A DNA stretch of 64,000 nucleotides from Gemmatimonadota bacterium (GTDB lineage: Bacteria > Gemmatimonadota > Gemmatimonadetes > Gemmatimonadales > Gemmatimonadaceae). A model generated the notes under the pieces. That model made no database searches. It was not told where the DNA came from and saw only the letters and a list, made by a program, of their open reading frames with translations. Positions 53,666-63,273 of this stretch are shown piece by piece. Both the position numbers and the translations under genes were made by a program. Positions within the stretch are counted from its first letter, which is position 1. Each line of letters opens with the position of its first letter. Location of the stretch: assembly GCA_040389905.1 (NCBI GenBank), contig JAZJZK010000009.1, positions 32,001 to 96,000 of the forward strand, given 5' to 3'.

Positions 53666-56451
53666 CCACTGACCGCCTGACCCCACGGTCGGGGACGCTC
53701 CGCTCGTCGGCGTCAATTACGCGTCGCCTGATGATCGGCCTCACCGTCGCCGTTGGAATGAGTTCGGCACTCGTCGTCGTATTGCTGGCGGTGTTCGCGA
53801 TGCATTCCGCGGACGCGGAACTCGAACGCAACATCGACGCGGCCGCGTCGGAAGTCGCCCAGCTTCTGGATGCGCCACTCTGGGATCTCGACCTCGATCG
53901 CGCCCAGCGCCTCGGTGAAGCGTTCGCGCAGGATCCACGCATTACGCACCTCACCATACGGGAATCGACGACCGGTGCGATGCGAGTCATTGCCCGCCAG
54001 CAGACGGCGGACACCGCGTGGCGCACGCGAACCGTGAGGCACCATGGCACCGATGTCGGTGAGGTTGGCGTCGCCTTCTCGCGCGCCATCTATCGCCAGC
54101 AGGCGCTCCAACAAGTTCGCCTGGCGATCGGCGTGAGTCTCATTGCGCTCGCGGCAACGATCGTCAGCGTGCAGTTCCTCGTGCGCCGGCTGCTTCGAAA
54201 ACCACTGTCGGAGCTGTCGGACGTCGTCGGCGCGTATGCCGATGGCGACTATACGCGATCGAACGTGGACGTGAAGGAATTCAAGCCGTTGCTGGCGGTG
54301 CTCGATTCCATGGGAAACAAGATCGCCAGGCAACTGAGTGACTTGCAGGCGGGCAACGAGCAACTCGAGCAGGAAATTGCCGAGCGCAAGAGCGCGGAAG
54401 AGACGTTGCGCTGGAGAAACGACGAGTTGGCGTCGCTGAACCGCTTTCTCGACATCGCCGCCGCGGAGGGAAAGCCGGCAATCCTGCTCGAGCAGGCTTG
54501 TATCGAGCTGTGCCAGATGCTGCGCATGCCGCGGGCCTTTGCGCTCCTGTTGAACGAGATCGATGGCTCGCTGAAAGTGATCGCCGAAACGGGACACTCG
54601 TATGGTGGCGGTCGGTTCGAGCGCGAGATCGCACTCGACAGCCATCCGGCGTTACGCGCATTTCTTCATGGTGGCGAACCGGTGATATCGGAATCGGTGC
54701 GGGAAGATCCCCGGTTCGCCGACGTCGCCCAACGACTTTCGGGCGTAGGTATCGAGTCGTTTGTCGGCTTGCCGCTGACGATCCAGGGCGTCGCGCTCGG
54801 TGCGATCGCACTCGTGGCGTCCGAACCACGGACGTTCGATGAGGACGAGATCGCCCTCGCCTCTGGTATCGCCGCACAAGCAGCGAGCGCGCTATCGCGC
54901 CACCGTGCGCGTGCCGCGGAGCGCTTGCTGCGAGCCGCAATCGAGCAGATTCCCGAGAGCGTCATGATGATGGACACTGAAGGCCGGATCGAGTACGTCA
55001 ATGCGGCCTTCAGCCAGAACACCGGCTATTCGCGCAGCGAGGTGCTCGGACAGCATCCGCGTCTCCTGCGAACGGGCATGCACGACGATTCGCTCTACGA
55101 CGGCATCTGGCAGGCCCTCGAATCCGGACGGACATGGCGTGGCCGCCTCACGAGCCGGAAGAAGTCCGGCGAATCGTATTTCGAGGATGCGCTCTTCACC
55201 CCCGTGCGGAATGAGCGTGCACAGATCGCGCACTACGTCGCCATCGCCAGAGACATCACGCTCGATCTGGATCGCGAAGCACAGTTGCTGCACGCACAAA
55301 AGCTGGAGGCGATCGGTCAGCTGGCCGGCGGCATCGCGCACGACTTCAACAACATCATGGGCGCGATCCTCATGGAGCTGGAGCTCCTCAGCTACGAACA
55401 GGAGCTCCCCGATGATATCGCGGCCGGTGTGCACAGCGTCCGCGCGTCGGTGGACCGCGCCGCGCGGCTGACGCGACAGCTGTTGCTGTTCAGCCGGCGT
55501 CAGGCCATGAACATCCAGCTCCACGACCTCAACCTCATCGTCGCCGATCTCCTGCGAATGCTCACGCGCGTCATCGGCGAAAATATCGTCGTCGAGTTTG
55601 TCCGGGCGCCGACGCCGACCTTTGTGGAGGCCGACGCCGGCATGATCGAACAGGTCCTGATGAACCTGTGCGTCAATGCACGCGATGCCATGGAAGACGG
55701 TGGACGAATCACGATCTCGATCGAAGGCTGCCAGCTGCGTGCGACCGACCTGAGCGCGCGGCCCGAAGCGCGAGCCGGTAGCTTCGCGTGCATCGGTGTC
55801 GCCGACACCGGCACCGGTATGAACGCGGAGACGCAGCGTCGCATGTTCGAACCATTTTACACGACGAAGGACGTGAGCAAGGGATCCGGGCTCGGGCTTG
55901 CTACGACGCACGGAATCGTCGCACAGCACAAGGGGTGGATCGAGGTCGCCAGTGAGCTCGGGAAGGGAACGACCTTCCGAATCTATCTTCCCGTGAGCGT
56001 GCAGTCGTCGAAGCGCGTGTCTGGCCCTGTCGTCGCCCCCATGCGGCGCGGTTCGGAGGTCATCCTCGTCGTGGAAGACGAAGCGAACATTCGCGTCATG
56101 GCATCACGCGCCCTCAGGCAACTCGGCTACGAGGTGCTCGAAGCGGTGAGCGGTGCCGAGGCACTTACGCTGTGGGAGACGGAAGGCGATCGTATCGATC
56201 TCGTGCTGACGGACATGGTGATGCCGGGCGGCGTATCCGGTGCGGACCTGAGCGCTCGTTTGCGCGCGGCAAAGCCCGAGCTGGAGGTCATTCTCATGAG
56301 CGGGTACAGCGTTGATCTCGTCGATGATGCCGAGGCGATTACGCGCGAGCGCCACTTTCTCAGCAAGCCATTCACCATCGCGGCCATGAGCGACTGTATC
56401 CGAGCGGCGCTCGACGGGATGGACACCGGCGTCTCGCCGCCGCGAGGCTGA
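53662..56451 (+). CDS. Membrane HAMP/GAF/PAS hybrid histidine kinase
   Basis: TM helices, GAF, PAS (NAAF..TGYS), AHDFNN, FYTTK, receiver domain; GTGA overlap with the SBP gene. Confidence 0.92.
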   Translation: MTTDRLTPRSGTLRSSASITRRLMIGLTVAVGMSSALVVVLLAVFAMHSADAELERNIDAAASEVAQLLDAPLWDLDLDRAQRLGEAFAQDPRITHLTIRESTTGAMRVIARQQTADTAWRTRTVRHHGTDVGEVGVAFSRAIYRQQALQQVRLAIGVSLIALAATIVSVQFLVRRLLRKPLSELSDVVGAYADGDYTRSNVDVKEFKPLLAVLDSMGNKIARQLSDLQAGNEQLEQEIAERKSAEETLRWRNDELASLNRFLDIAAAEGKPAILLEQACIELCQMLRMPRAFALLLNEIDGSLKVIAETGHSYGGGRFEREIALDSHPALRAFLHGGEPVISESVREDPRFADVAQRLSGVGIESFVGLPLTIQGVALGAIALVASEPRTFDEDEIALASGIAAQAASALSRHRARAAERLLRAAIEQIPESVMMMDTEGRIEYVNAAFSQNTGYSRSEVLGQHPRLLRTGMHDDSLYDGIWQALESGRTWRGRLTSRKKSGESYFEDALFTPVRNERAQIAHYVAIARDITLDLDREAQLLHAQKLEAIGQLAGGIAHDFNNIMGAILMELELLSYEQELPDDIAAGVHSVRASVDRAARLTRQLLLFSRRQAMNIQLHDLNLIVADLLRMLTRVIGENIVVEFVRAPTPTFVEADAGMIEQVLMNLCVNARDAMEDGGRITISIEGCQLRATDLSARPEARAGSFACIGVADTGTGMNAETQRRMFEPFYTTKDVSKGSGLGLATTHGIVAQHKGWIEVASELGKGTTFRIYLPVSVQSSKRVSGPVVAPMRRGSEVILVVEDEANIRVMASRALRQLGYEVLEAVSGAEALTLWETEGDRIDLVLTDMVMPGGVSGADLSARLRAAKPELEVILMSGYSVDLVDDAEAITRERHFLSKPFTIAAMSDCIRAALDGMDTGVSPPRG

Positions 56452-56458
56452 CGCCGAC

Positions 56459-58108
56459 ATGGAAGCCGATGTCATCATCGTCGGCGCCGGCCTGGCGGGA
56501 CTCGTCGCCGCGGCGGAACTGACGGATCGCGGTCGCACAGTCATTGTCGTGGATCAAGAACCCGCGCAATCACTCGGCGGACAGGCATTCTGGTCCTTTG
56601 GTGGATTGTTGTTGGTCGATTCTCCAGAGCAACGTCGGCTGCGCATCCACGACTCGCTGGACCTCGCTCGCCAGGACTGGATGGGAACCGCGGGCTTCGA
56701 CCGGGACGAGGACCTGTGGCCGCGACGGTGGGCGGAGGCGTATCTCGACTTTGCCGCGGGTGAGAAGCGCCCATGGTTGCACGCACAGGGCGTTCGCTTC
56801 TTTCCTGTCGTCGGCTGGGCGGAGCGCGGTGGTGGGTTGGCCGGCGGCCATGGCAACTCGGTTCCGCGTTTTCACATCACTTGGGGAACGGGACCGGGCA
56901 TTCTCGCGCCGTTCATCAGGCGCACTCGCGACGCCGAGTCGCGCGGCTTGTTGTCGTTCCGATTTCGCCACCGCGTCAACGGCATCTCGACAACGAACGG
57001 TGTCGTCGACGGTGTCGAGGGTGATATACTCGCCCCAAGCGCGGCCGAACGCGGCGCAGCGAGCACGCGTGACGTCATTGGCGACTTCAGGTTCAAGGCG
57101 CAGTGCGTGATCGTCACCTCCGGCGGCATCGGCGGCAACCAGGAACTCGTGCGGCGGTATTGGCCGGCCCGCCTCGGAGTTCCTCCCGCGCGCATGTTGT
57201 CCGGCGTTCCAGAACACGTCGATGGTCGCATGCTCGCCATCGCTGAAGCAGCAGGTGGCCGCGTCATCAATCGCGATCGCATGTGGCATTACACTGAGGG
57301 CATTCAGAACTGGAATCCGATCTGGAAGCGACACGGCATCCGCATCTTACCGGGACCGTCGTCGCTGTGGCTCGACGCGTCGGGACGCCGACTCCCGCCG
57401 CCGCTGTTTCCGGGGTTCGATACGTTGGCGACGCTCGAGCACATCCTCGCCACCGGCGACGACTACAGCTGGCTCGTGCTCACGCAGAAGATCATCGAGA
57501 AGGAATTCGCGCTTTCGGGGTCGGAGCAGAATCCCGACCTGACTGGCAAGAGCATCCGTCAGGTGCTCGGACGCGCACTCCCGGGTGCGACGCCACCGGT
57601 TGAAGCATTCAAGAAGCACGGCGTGGATTTCGTCGTCGCGACGACGCTGTCGGAACTCGTGCGTGGTATGAACCGTGTGGCCGGAGAAGAGCGCCTTGGC
57701 GAAGAGTCGCTACGCAGGACGATACACGGTCGCGACTCCCAGTTCGACAATCCATTCGGCAAGGACGCGCAGATCACGGCACTCCGTGGTGCTCGCAGCT
57801 ATATCGGCGACAAGCTGATCCGGGTCGCGAAGCCACACCGGCTCCTCGACGAGCGCGCAGGGCCGCTCATCGCGGTGCGCGTGTCGATTCTTACGCGCAA
57901 GACACTCGGCGGACTGGAGACGGACTTGTCGAGCCGCGTGCTCGGCGCGGATGCGTCGCCGGTACCTGGGTTGTATGCGGCAGGTGAAGTCGCCGGTTTC
58001 GGGGGTGGTGGCATGCACGGATACCGCGCGCTCGAAGGAACCTTTCTCGGCGGCTGCATCTTTTCCGGTCGGACAGCAGGGCGCGCCGCGGCCGAGGCGA
58101 CTCAGTAA
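56459..58108 (+). CDS. FAD-binding dehydrogenase (FAD_binding_2, 3-ketosteroid-dehydrogenase-like)
   Basis: GAGLAG, GGQAFWSFGG, GNSVPRFH, TRKTLGG, GLYAAGE, LEGTFLGG. Confidence 0.9.
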   Translation: MEADVIIVGAGLAGLVAAAELTDRGRTVIVVDQEPAQSLGGQAFWSFGGLLLVDSPEQRRLRIHDSLDLARQDWMGTAGFDRDEDLWPRRWAEAYLDFAAGEKRPWLHAQGVRFFPVVGWAERGGGLAGGHGNSVPRFHITWGTGPGILAPFIRRTRDAESRGLLSFRFRHRVNGISTTNGVVDGVEGDILAPSAAERGAASTRDVIGDFRFKAQCVIVTSGGIGGNQELVRRYWPARLGVPPARMLSGVPEHVDGRMLAIAEAAGGRVINRDRMWHYTEGIQNWNPIWKRHGIRILPGPSSLWLDASGRRLPPPLFPGFDTLATLEHILATGDDYSWLVLTQKIIEKEFALSGSEQNPDLTGKSIRQVLGRALPGATPPVEAFKKHGVDFVVATTLSELVRGMNRVAGEERLGEESLRRTIHGRDSQFDNPFGKDAQITALRGARSYIGDKLIRVAKPHRLLDERAGPLIAVRVSILTRKTLGGLETDLSSRVLGADASPVPGLYAAGEVAGFGGGGMHGYRALEGTFLGGCIFSGRTAGRAAAEATQ

Positions 58109-59280
58109 CGCGCTCGGAAGCGAATCGGCAAGCGCATCGGCCCATGGACGTGCAGTGCGGGGCGTGGTTCCCACGGCTCGTCATCGGCGAGGCGGATGTC
58201 ATCGAGCCGATCGAAGAGATCCGACAGCGCGACTTTCGCCTCGAGTCGCGCGAGTGGCGCGCCGAGACAGAAGTGAATCCCATGGCCGAACGCGATGTGG
58301 GGGTTCGGGTTACGCGCAATGTCGAAACGATCGGGCTCGTCGAAGTAACGCGGATCGCGATTCGCCGATCCGATCATGATGAGCACGAATTTGCCTGCTG
58401 GGATCGTCCGGCCGTGGAGCTCGACGTCGCACGTCGTTTCCCGGAACATTGCCTGGCCTGGCGAGCGGTATCGCACGACCTCCTCGATCGCTGAGGGCAG
58501 CAGTTCCGGCTGCCGCCGCAATCGAGCGAGTTGCTCTGGATTCTCGATGAAGGACAGCACGGCGTTGTCGATGAGGTTGGTCGTCGTTTCCGTCGCCGCC
58601 GAGAGTAGCAGTTGAAAGAAGCCGAGTAAGTCGTCGACAGAGAGTGGTTCCTCACCAACCTTCGCCTCGACGAGCCGCGTAATGAGGTCGTCCTTTGGTT
58701 CGGCGCGGCGCTGCTCCGCGAGCGTTGTGATGTAGTCGAGCATTTCCGCGCGGGCCGGCGCGTGCTCACGGATGACTCGTGCTGCCGCTTCGCCGCCGGC
58801 GATGCAGTAGCTCAGGTTGACGATCGCGTGGCTCCAACGGATGAACCGGGTTCGCTCCTCCAGCGGGATGCCGATGAGCTCTGCGATGACGAGGACGGGC
58901 AGCGGCGCGGCGTAGTCGGCAACCAGATCCATCGTGTCGCGCCCGGTTGCCGAATCGAGTAGCGTTCGCGAGAGCGCTCGCATTCGGGGCTCGAGTCCCG
59001 CGATGGCCCGCGGCGTGAATGCGCGCATCACGACGGCGCGGGATTGCGTGTGGCGTGGCGGATCCTGAAAGACCAGCCAATCCGGCGCGCGCCCCGTGGG
59101 CGGATGTACGACGGAGCTGAAGCTCTCGTGATCGTCCATCGCGCGCTTCACGCTGTCGTAATCGAACAGCATCCACATGTCGCTGCGCGGGTCGTGCAGC
59201 ACGGGACTCGCACTGCGGACCTGCTCGTACCAGTGATAGGGATTGCGGCGGACGTCGTCCGAGAAGAAGAAGTTCATCAT
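58102..59280 (-). CDS. Cytochrome P450
   Basis: DPPRH, AATETT (I-helix), EEVVR (ExxR), FGHGIHFCLG. Confidence 0.95.
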   Translation of the reverse strand: MMNFFFSDDVRRNPYHWYEQVRSASPVLHDPRSDMWMLFDYDSVKRAMDDHESFSSVVHPPTGRAPDWLVFQDPPRHTQSRAVVMRAFTPRAIAGLEPRMRALSRTLLDSATGRDTMDLVADYAAPLPVLVIAELIGIPLEERTRFIRWSHAIVNLSYCIAGGEAAARVIREHAPARAEMLDYITTLAEQRRAEPKDDLITRLVEAKVGEEPLSVDDLLGFFQLLLSAATETTTNLIDNAVLSFIENPEQLARLRRQPELLPSAIEEVVRYRSPGQAMFRETTCDVELHGRTIPAGKFVLIMIGSANRDPRYFDEPDRFDIARNPNPHIAFGHGIHFCLGAPLARLEAKVALSDLFDRLDDIRLADDEPWEPRPALHVHGPMRLPIRFRARY

Positions 59281-59870
59281 GTATTGGACGGTTGAAATGC
59301 ACGCATGACGGCATCGACGGTGTCGTTCACGAGTCGCTCGTCGATTGCGTCGCCAGTGATGAGCCCACGAAATGCCATCGGGCCGCTGAGGAGATCGAGG
59401 ATGAGGTCGATGTCGGAGCCGGCATGCAGGTCGCCCGCCGCGATGCCGTGCTCGACAACGCGCCGCAGCACGTTGCGCCTTGCTGCGACGAAGCCGCCGC
59501 GAAACGCCGCCGCGATCTGTGTACTTCGCGGCATGGCGGCAACAAGTGCCGTGAGCAACGGTGCAGTCGCGGGGTCGTTGTACATGCGCATGTTCTGATG
59601 TAAAACAGCGCGCAGCTGTTCACGCATGGAGCCATCACCTGGCGACGCTAGTGATACTGCGAAGTCCTCCAGCGCCTCGACCACGAGTTCTTCTTTCGTC
59701 GACCAGCGGCGGTACACCGTTGTTTTCCCAACACCGGCCTGCGCAGCAATGCCGTCGATGCTCGCCGCGTCGTATCCGACGTCGCGAATCACGCGAAACG
59801 CCGCCTGAAGGATGGCCGCGTGCGCCTTTGCGCTCCTCGGTCTTCCGGGCCTTTTTCCGTTCGGCTCCAT
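59277..59870 (-). CDS. TetR/AcrR family regulator
   Basis: PGRPRS, IAAQAGVGKTTVYRRWSTKEEL. Confidence 0.93.
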   Translation of the reverse strand: MEPNGKRPGRPRSAKAHAAILQAAFRVIRDVGYDAASIDGIAAQAGVGKTTVYRRWSTKEELVVEALEDFAVSLASPGDGSMREQLRAVLHQNMRMYNDPATAPLLTALVAAMPRSTQIAAAFRGGFVAARRNVLRRVVEHGIAAGDLHAGSDIDLILDLLSGPMAFRGLITGDAIDERLVNDTVDAVMRAFQPSNT

Positions 59871-59888
59871 GCGTGAATATTGACCACC

Positions 59889-59920
59889 CCAATTACGAAA
59901 CGCAAGCGTATCGTAATTGG
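59889..59920. promoter_or_regulatory. 32-bp palindrome, candidate TetR operator
   Basis: CCAATTACGAAACGCAAGCGTATCGTAATTGG, 14/16 symmetric, 19 bp upstream of the tetR start. Confidence 0.8.
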
Positions 59921-59976
59921 TCAGCGTCATTGCGGGCGCAGCCCAGAGGTCAGGTGTGGGATTGAGTACGAGATTC

Positions 59977-60324
59977 CTACTCGATCAACCGCCTCCTTCG
60001 GTGCGGCAGCGCTTCCGCCGCCCGCCATAGCTCACGGAGTTTGTCCTCGGGTAGCGCATGCCACTCCGTCGGTATCGGCGCGAGTCGCTTGCGTGCGTGC
60101 GCGGATTCGAATGCCAACCAACCGTCCGCGAGATGCGGGGTCAGCGCGATCCGAATTCCACGCACGCGACGACGATCGGCGACTCGGCGCTCACCTGATG
60201 TTGGCGGCTCGCCATCGCGCACGCGTCGTTCGGCAACTCGGCGCTCACCCCAGGAAGGGATGACGTCCCATACATTCCACTGAAGCTCGTCGTCATCGAG
60301 AAAAACGCGGTGGGGGCTCATCAC
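59977..60324 (-). CDS. Hypothetical protein with tandem ERRxx(E/D)RR motifs
   Basis: F.D...W.VW, GERRVAERR/GERRVADRR, GWLAFES..RKRLAPIP.W. Confidence 0.75.
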   Translation of the reverse strand: MMSPHRVFLDDDELQWNVWDVIPSWGERRVAERRVRDGEPPTSGERRVADRRRVRGIRIALTPHLADGWLAFESAHARKRLAPIPTEWHALPEDKLRELWRAAEALPHRRRRLIE

Positions 60325-60391
60325 CTGTTTCGTACGGCACTCATCGTGCCCAAGTGATGCGGGTCACACCACTTCCCTGCACGAGGTCGCC

Positions 60392-60595
60392 ATGAACAAA
60401 CGCATCAGGCGTAAGCGCATACGTGGTCTCTTACTCGCCGAGCTCGCTCACCGGTTTCACGAGCAGGCGGATGCCATCGCATGGCTCGAAACATCGCAGG
60501 CGGCGCTCGGTGATCGCACGCCTCGCGAGGTCATCGCGGCTGGCGACATCGAGGACGCGATTCTCCAGCTGCGGCAGGTGCCCGTCGCTGAATAA
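60392..60595 (+). CDS. Small protein resembling the MbcA/ParS/Xre antitoxin C-terminal domain (DUF2384-like)
   Basis: A.AWL.T...ALGDRTP.E.I; GAGG RBS. Confidence 0.55.
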   Translation: MNKRIRRKRIRGLLLAELAHRFHEQADAIAWLETSQAALGDRTPREVIAAGDIEDAILQLRQVPVAE

Positions 60596-60603
60596 CTACC
60601 AGA

Positions 60604-60832
60604 AACTGCAACTGCCAAGGAGCAGATTCTACGGATTCAACGGATAACAGCCGGATCAAGCACAGGGCTGGCGGATGAGACGCGAGGTCAGCCCGTCAGC
60701 ATTCAAAATCGCGAGTGCTTTTGAAGACTACGGGTCGCGACTTGGTGCCACCCAGTCGGTCTCCTTCGCAGATCAAATCCGAAGAAATCCGTCGCATCCG
60801 TCAAATCCGCTCCTCGAGCTGTTCCCGCTGTT
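60604..60832. repeat. ~230-bp inverted-arm element, copy B
   Basis: First 59 bp differ from copy A at 3 positions; 35 bp (60785-60819) identical to 35484-35518; divergent centre. Confidence 0.88.
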
Positions 60833-62470
60833 TCAATCCGCGCCCATCGAAAGCTTCACACCGCACGCTGCAGCCACGCGCCTCGCAGCGGGCGCTGACG
60901 GAAACAGGTCCCGCGCCGCCACAATGTGTGGCCGCGCCTTTTTGCAGTCACCACGCCGGCTGTAAGACTCCGCGAGCCGCAGGTGAATCCGGTAGCTCCC
61001 GGGATCGAGCGCGGACGACCGCTCGAGTACGCTGAGCTTCGAACTCGTCGAGTACATCGCCATGGCGGAGAGTTGCGTGCTGCTGCGCGTGATCGCGAGT
61101 GCCCCGAGCACGATCACGCCGGCAATGAGCATGACCCGCCGCGGCGCCGGAAGCTGAACGACGGCTCGCTCTCGCGAATGGGCCGCGAGCGCACCGAGTA
61201 ATGACCATCCAACGAGCGCGGGAATCGGAAGCAACAACACCGCGTCGAACGTTCCGACCGTGACCAGAATGACGAGCGTCGCGAGAAACACCGCCGCCGC
61301 GAGCCTGGATTCGGTCGTGTCCTCGTCACGCAGTCCGCGAATACCATCCGCAAAGAGCGTAAGCATGGCGAGGCCGAGCAGCACGAGCGCTGGCACGCCG
61401 CGCTCGGATACGAAGGTGACCCAATCGCTGCTCGGCCACGGATTCGACGTCATCCCGTCTTGCCCGAGAGATGGGTCGTTGTCCGAGGCGAATCGCGGAT
61501 ACACGGCGGGCCAGTTACCGGGACCGACGCCAAGCAGCGGATGACGAAGGGTCATGCGCAATGAGTTGCCGTACTGAACGAGCCGGCCATGCCCGCTGCC
61601 ACCCTTGTAGTTGACGATGCTCTGTGCCGTATCGAGATATGGGGAATCACTCTTCCAGTCGAGCGTGTTCGGAATCACCAGTGCCGCGCCTCCGCCGCCA
61701 ACAGCCGCGAGGAAGAGAATCCCGAGTCGCCCGAGACGCACACTGCCGTCGCGCTTCCGCAGCGCGATCAGGCCTGCGATCGCCAACACCACGAGTCCGA
61801 CGAGGAGCGCGAGCCACGCCGCGCGTGTACGTGAGAGCACGAGTGACGCGACGACGATCGCAATGCCACCACACCACCGCAGGAGTGCGCCATGTGAGGG
61901 CGCGCGCAGGCCACTGAAGAGCAACGCCGGCAGCGTGATGACGCTCAGGTGTGCCATGAAATTGCGATTCCCGAATGTGCCGCCAGGCGCGCGATTCAGG
62001 CTGAAGAACTCGGTGCGAACGCCGTAGGCCTGAAGGAGCGACGTGGCTGCGCCGATGACGCCAGCCAGCGCGAGTGCCGCGACCAGCGCACGTGAGTGGC
62101 CCGCACGCGAGAGGGCGCGCGCCGTCCAGAAGCACGCAGCGCCCGCGAGTGCCAGCGCGAGCGCGCGTCCTGCCAGCCACCAATTGGTTGCGAAGATCGC
62201 GGACAGCGCCGCCAGCAACAGCGCCCCCGCGAGCAACTGATCGACCCGAGACGCAGCGAGCCGCTTCGCTCGTGCCAGGCAGAGCACGGTGACAATCACG
62301 GCAGTCGCGTTCAGAACCAGCTCCTTCGGGACGAAGAACCGGTCCAGATCGAATGACTTGTACGGGGCCGACGCAAGCACGACCGCGATCGCGCCTGCTT
62401 GAAGAATTCTCAAGGCAACGAGCGACATCCGCGACGCTCCTGCGGCCTCCTCGGCGTGTGGCATCGTCAT
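60833..62470 (-). CDS. O-antigen ligase (Wzy_C) family membrane protein with C-terminal TPR-like segment
   Basis: Many TM helices; GTFGNRN, SRTRAAW, HPLLGVGPGNW, ERG. Confidence 0.85.
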   Translation of the reverse strand: MTMPHAEEAAGASRMSLVALRILQAGAIAVVLASAPYKSFDLDRFFVPKELVLNATAVIVTVLCLARAKRLAASRVDQLLAGALLLAALSAIFATNWWLAGRALALALAGAACFWTARALSRAGHSRALVAALALAGVIGAATSLLQAYGVRTEFFSLNRAPGGTFGNRNFMAHLSVITLPALLFSGLRAPSHGALLRWCGGIAIVVASLVLSRTRAAWLALLVGLVVLAIAGLIALRKRDGSVRLGRLGILFLAAVGGGGAALVIPNTLDWKSDSPYLDTAQSIVNYKGGSGHGRLVQYGNSLRMTLRHPLLGVGPGNWPAVYPRFASDNDPSLGQDGMTSNPWPSSDWVTFVSERGVPALVLLGLAMLTLFADGIRGLRDEDTTESRLAAAVFLATLVILVTVGTFDAVLLLPIPALVGWSLLGALAAHSRERAVVQLPAPRRVMLIAGVIVLGALAITRSSTQLSAMAMYSTSSKLSVLERSSALDPGSYRIHLRLAESYSRRGDCKKARPHIVAARDLFPSAPAARRVAAACGVKLSMGAD

Positions 62471-63273
62471 AATGCCGGCAGCGCCCACACTGCGCGCAGG
62501 CGACGGTACTCGTCCGCCGGCAGTTGAACCATCATCGGCCGACGGCTGTGGTCGAGCCACCGGACCAGTGATTCGAGCGCACCGGCGTCGAGCGCCGTGC
62601 ATCCAGCCGTCGACGACGAGGGCCCGTTCCAGATATGCAGGAAAATGCAGGAACCTCGGCCACGCTCAGGTGGCTGCGCATTGTACCCGACGATCACGCC
62701 GAGCCGGTAAACGGGAATCTGGCGCATGTGTTCGGCGCTGGTCCAGTCAACGGCCTGAACGTGCGTGCGATCCACCACGGTGTTGTAATACTTCGAGCGC
62801 TCGTCGTCGACGCAGTCGCTGCCAGCTTGCAGTGACGCATAGGGCAGGCGCAGCCAGGGTAGCTCCGACGAGGCCGCGAACCCGAACGCTGTATCGAGTG
62901 GAAAGGCGCCCGCGGGAGACCGCCCGTCGCCCTCTCGCTTGACGGGATCGCTTGGCGTGGTTGCGAGCGCGCCATTGCCCCAGGCAAGTCCCGTGCGGCC
63001 AATGACGACCGGCACCTCGCCGTCGACGACGCGCCATGCTTTCGCCCTATCATCGCGCTCAAAGCGTCGCAGCGTACCCGCCGTGGCGTTCCAGCCGGGG
63101 GTCACGACGACGACCAGCTGTCGCGCGTCAGCGAGCGGTGCCGGGACCTGCGCGGGCAGCAGCGCTGGTGCGACGACACACGCAAGCACTCTCAGGAAGA
63201 ATCGCATGCGCAAGTCTACGGAATTGCGACGCATTTCGCCTCCATGCGCCTGCAATTCGTGTCCACCGCTCAT
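62467..63273 (-). CDS. L,D-transpeptidase family protein (YkuD)
   Basis: KREGDGRSPAG, GSCIFLHIW, TAGCTA. Confidence 0.88.
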   Translation of the reverse strand: MSGGHELQAHGGEMRRNSVDLRMRFFLRVLACVVAPALLPAQVPAPLADARQLVVVVTPGWNATAGTLRRFERDDRAKAWRVVDGEVPVVIGRTGLAWGNGALATTPSDPVKREGDGRSPAGAFPLDTAFGFAASSELPWLRLPYASLQAGSDCVDDERSKYYNTVVDRTHVQAVDWTSAEHMRQIPVYRLGVIVGYNAQPPERGRGSCIFLHIWNGPSSSTAGCTALDAGALESLVRWLDHSRRPMMVQLPADEYRRLRAVWALPAL

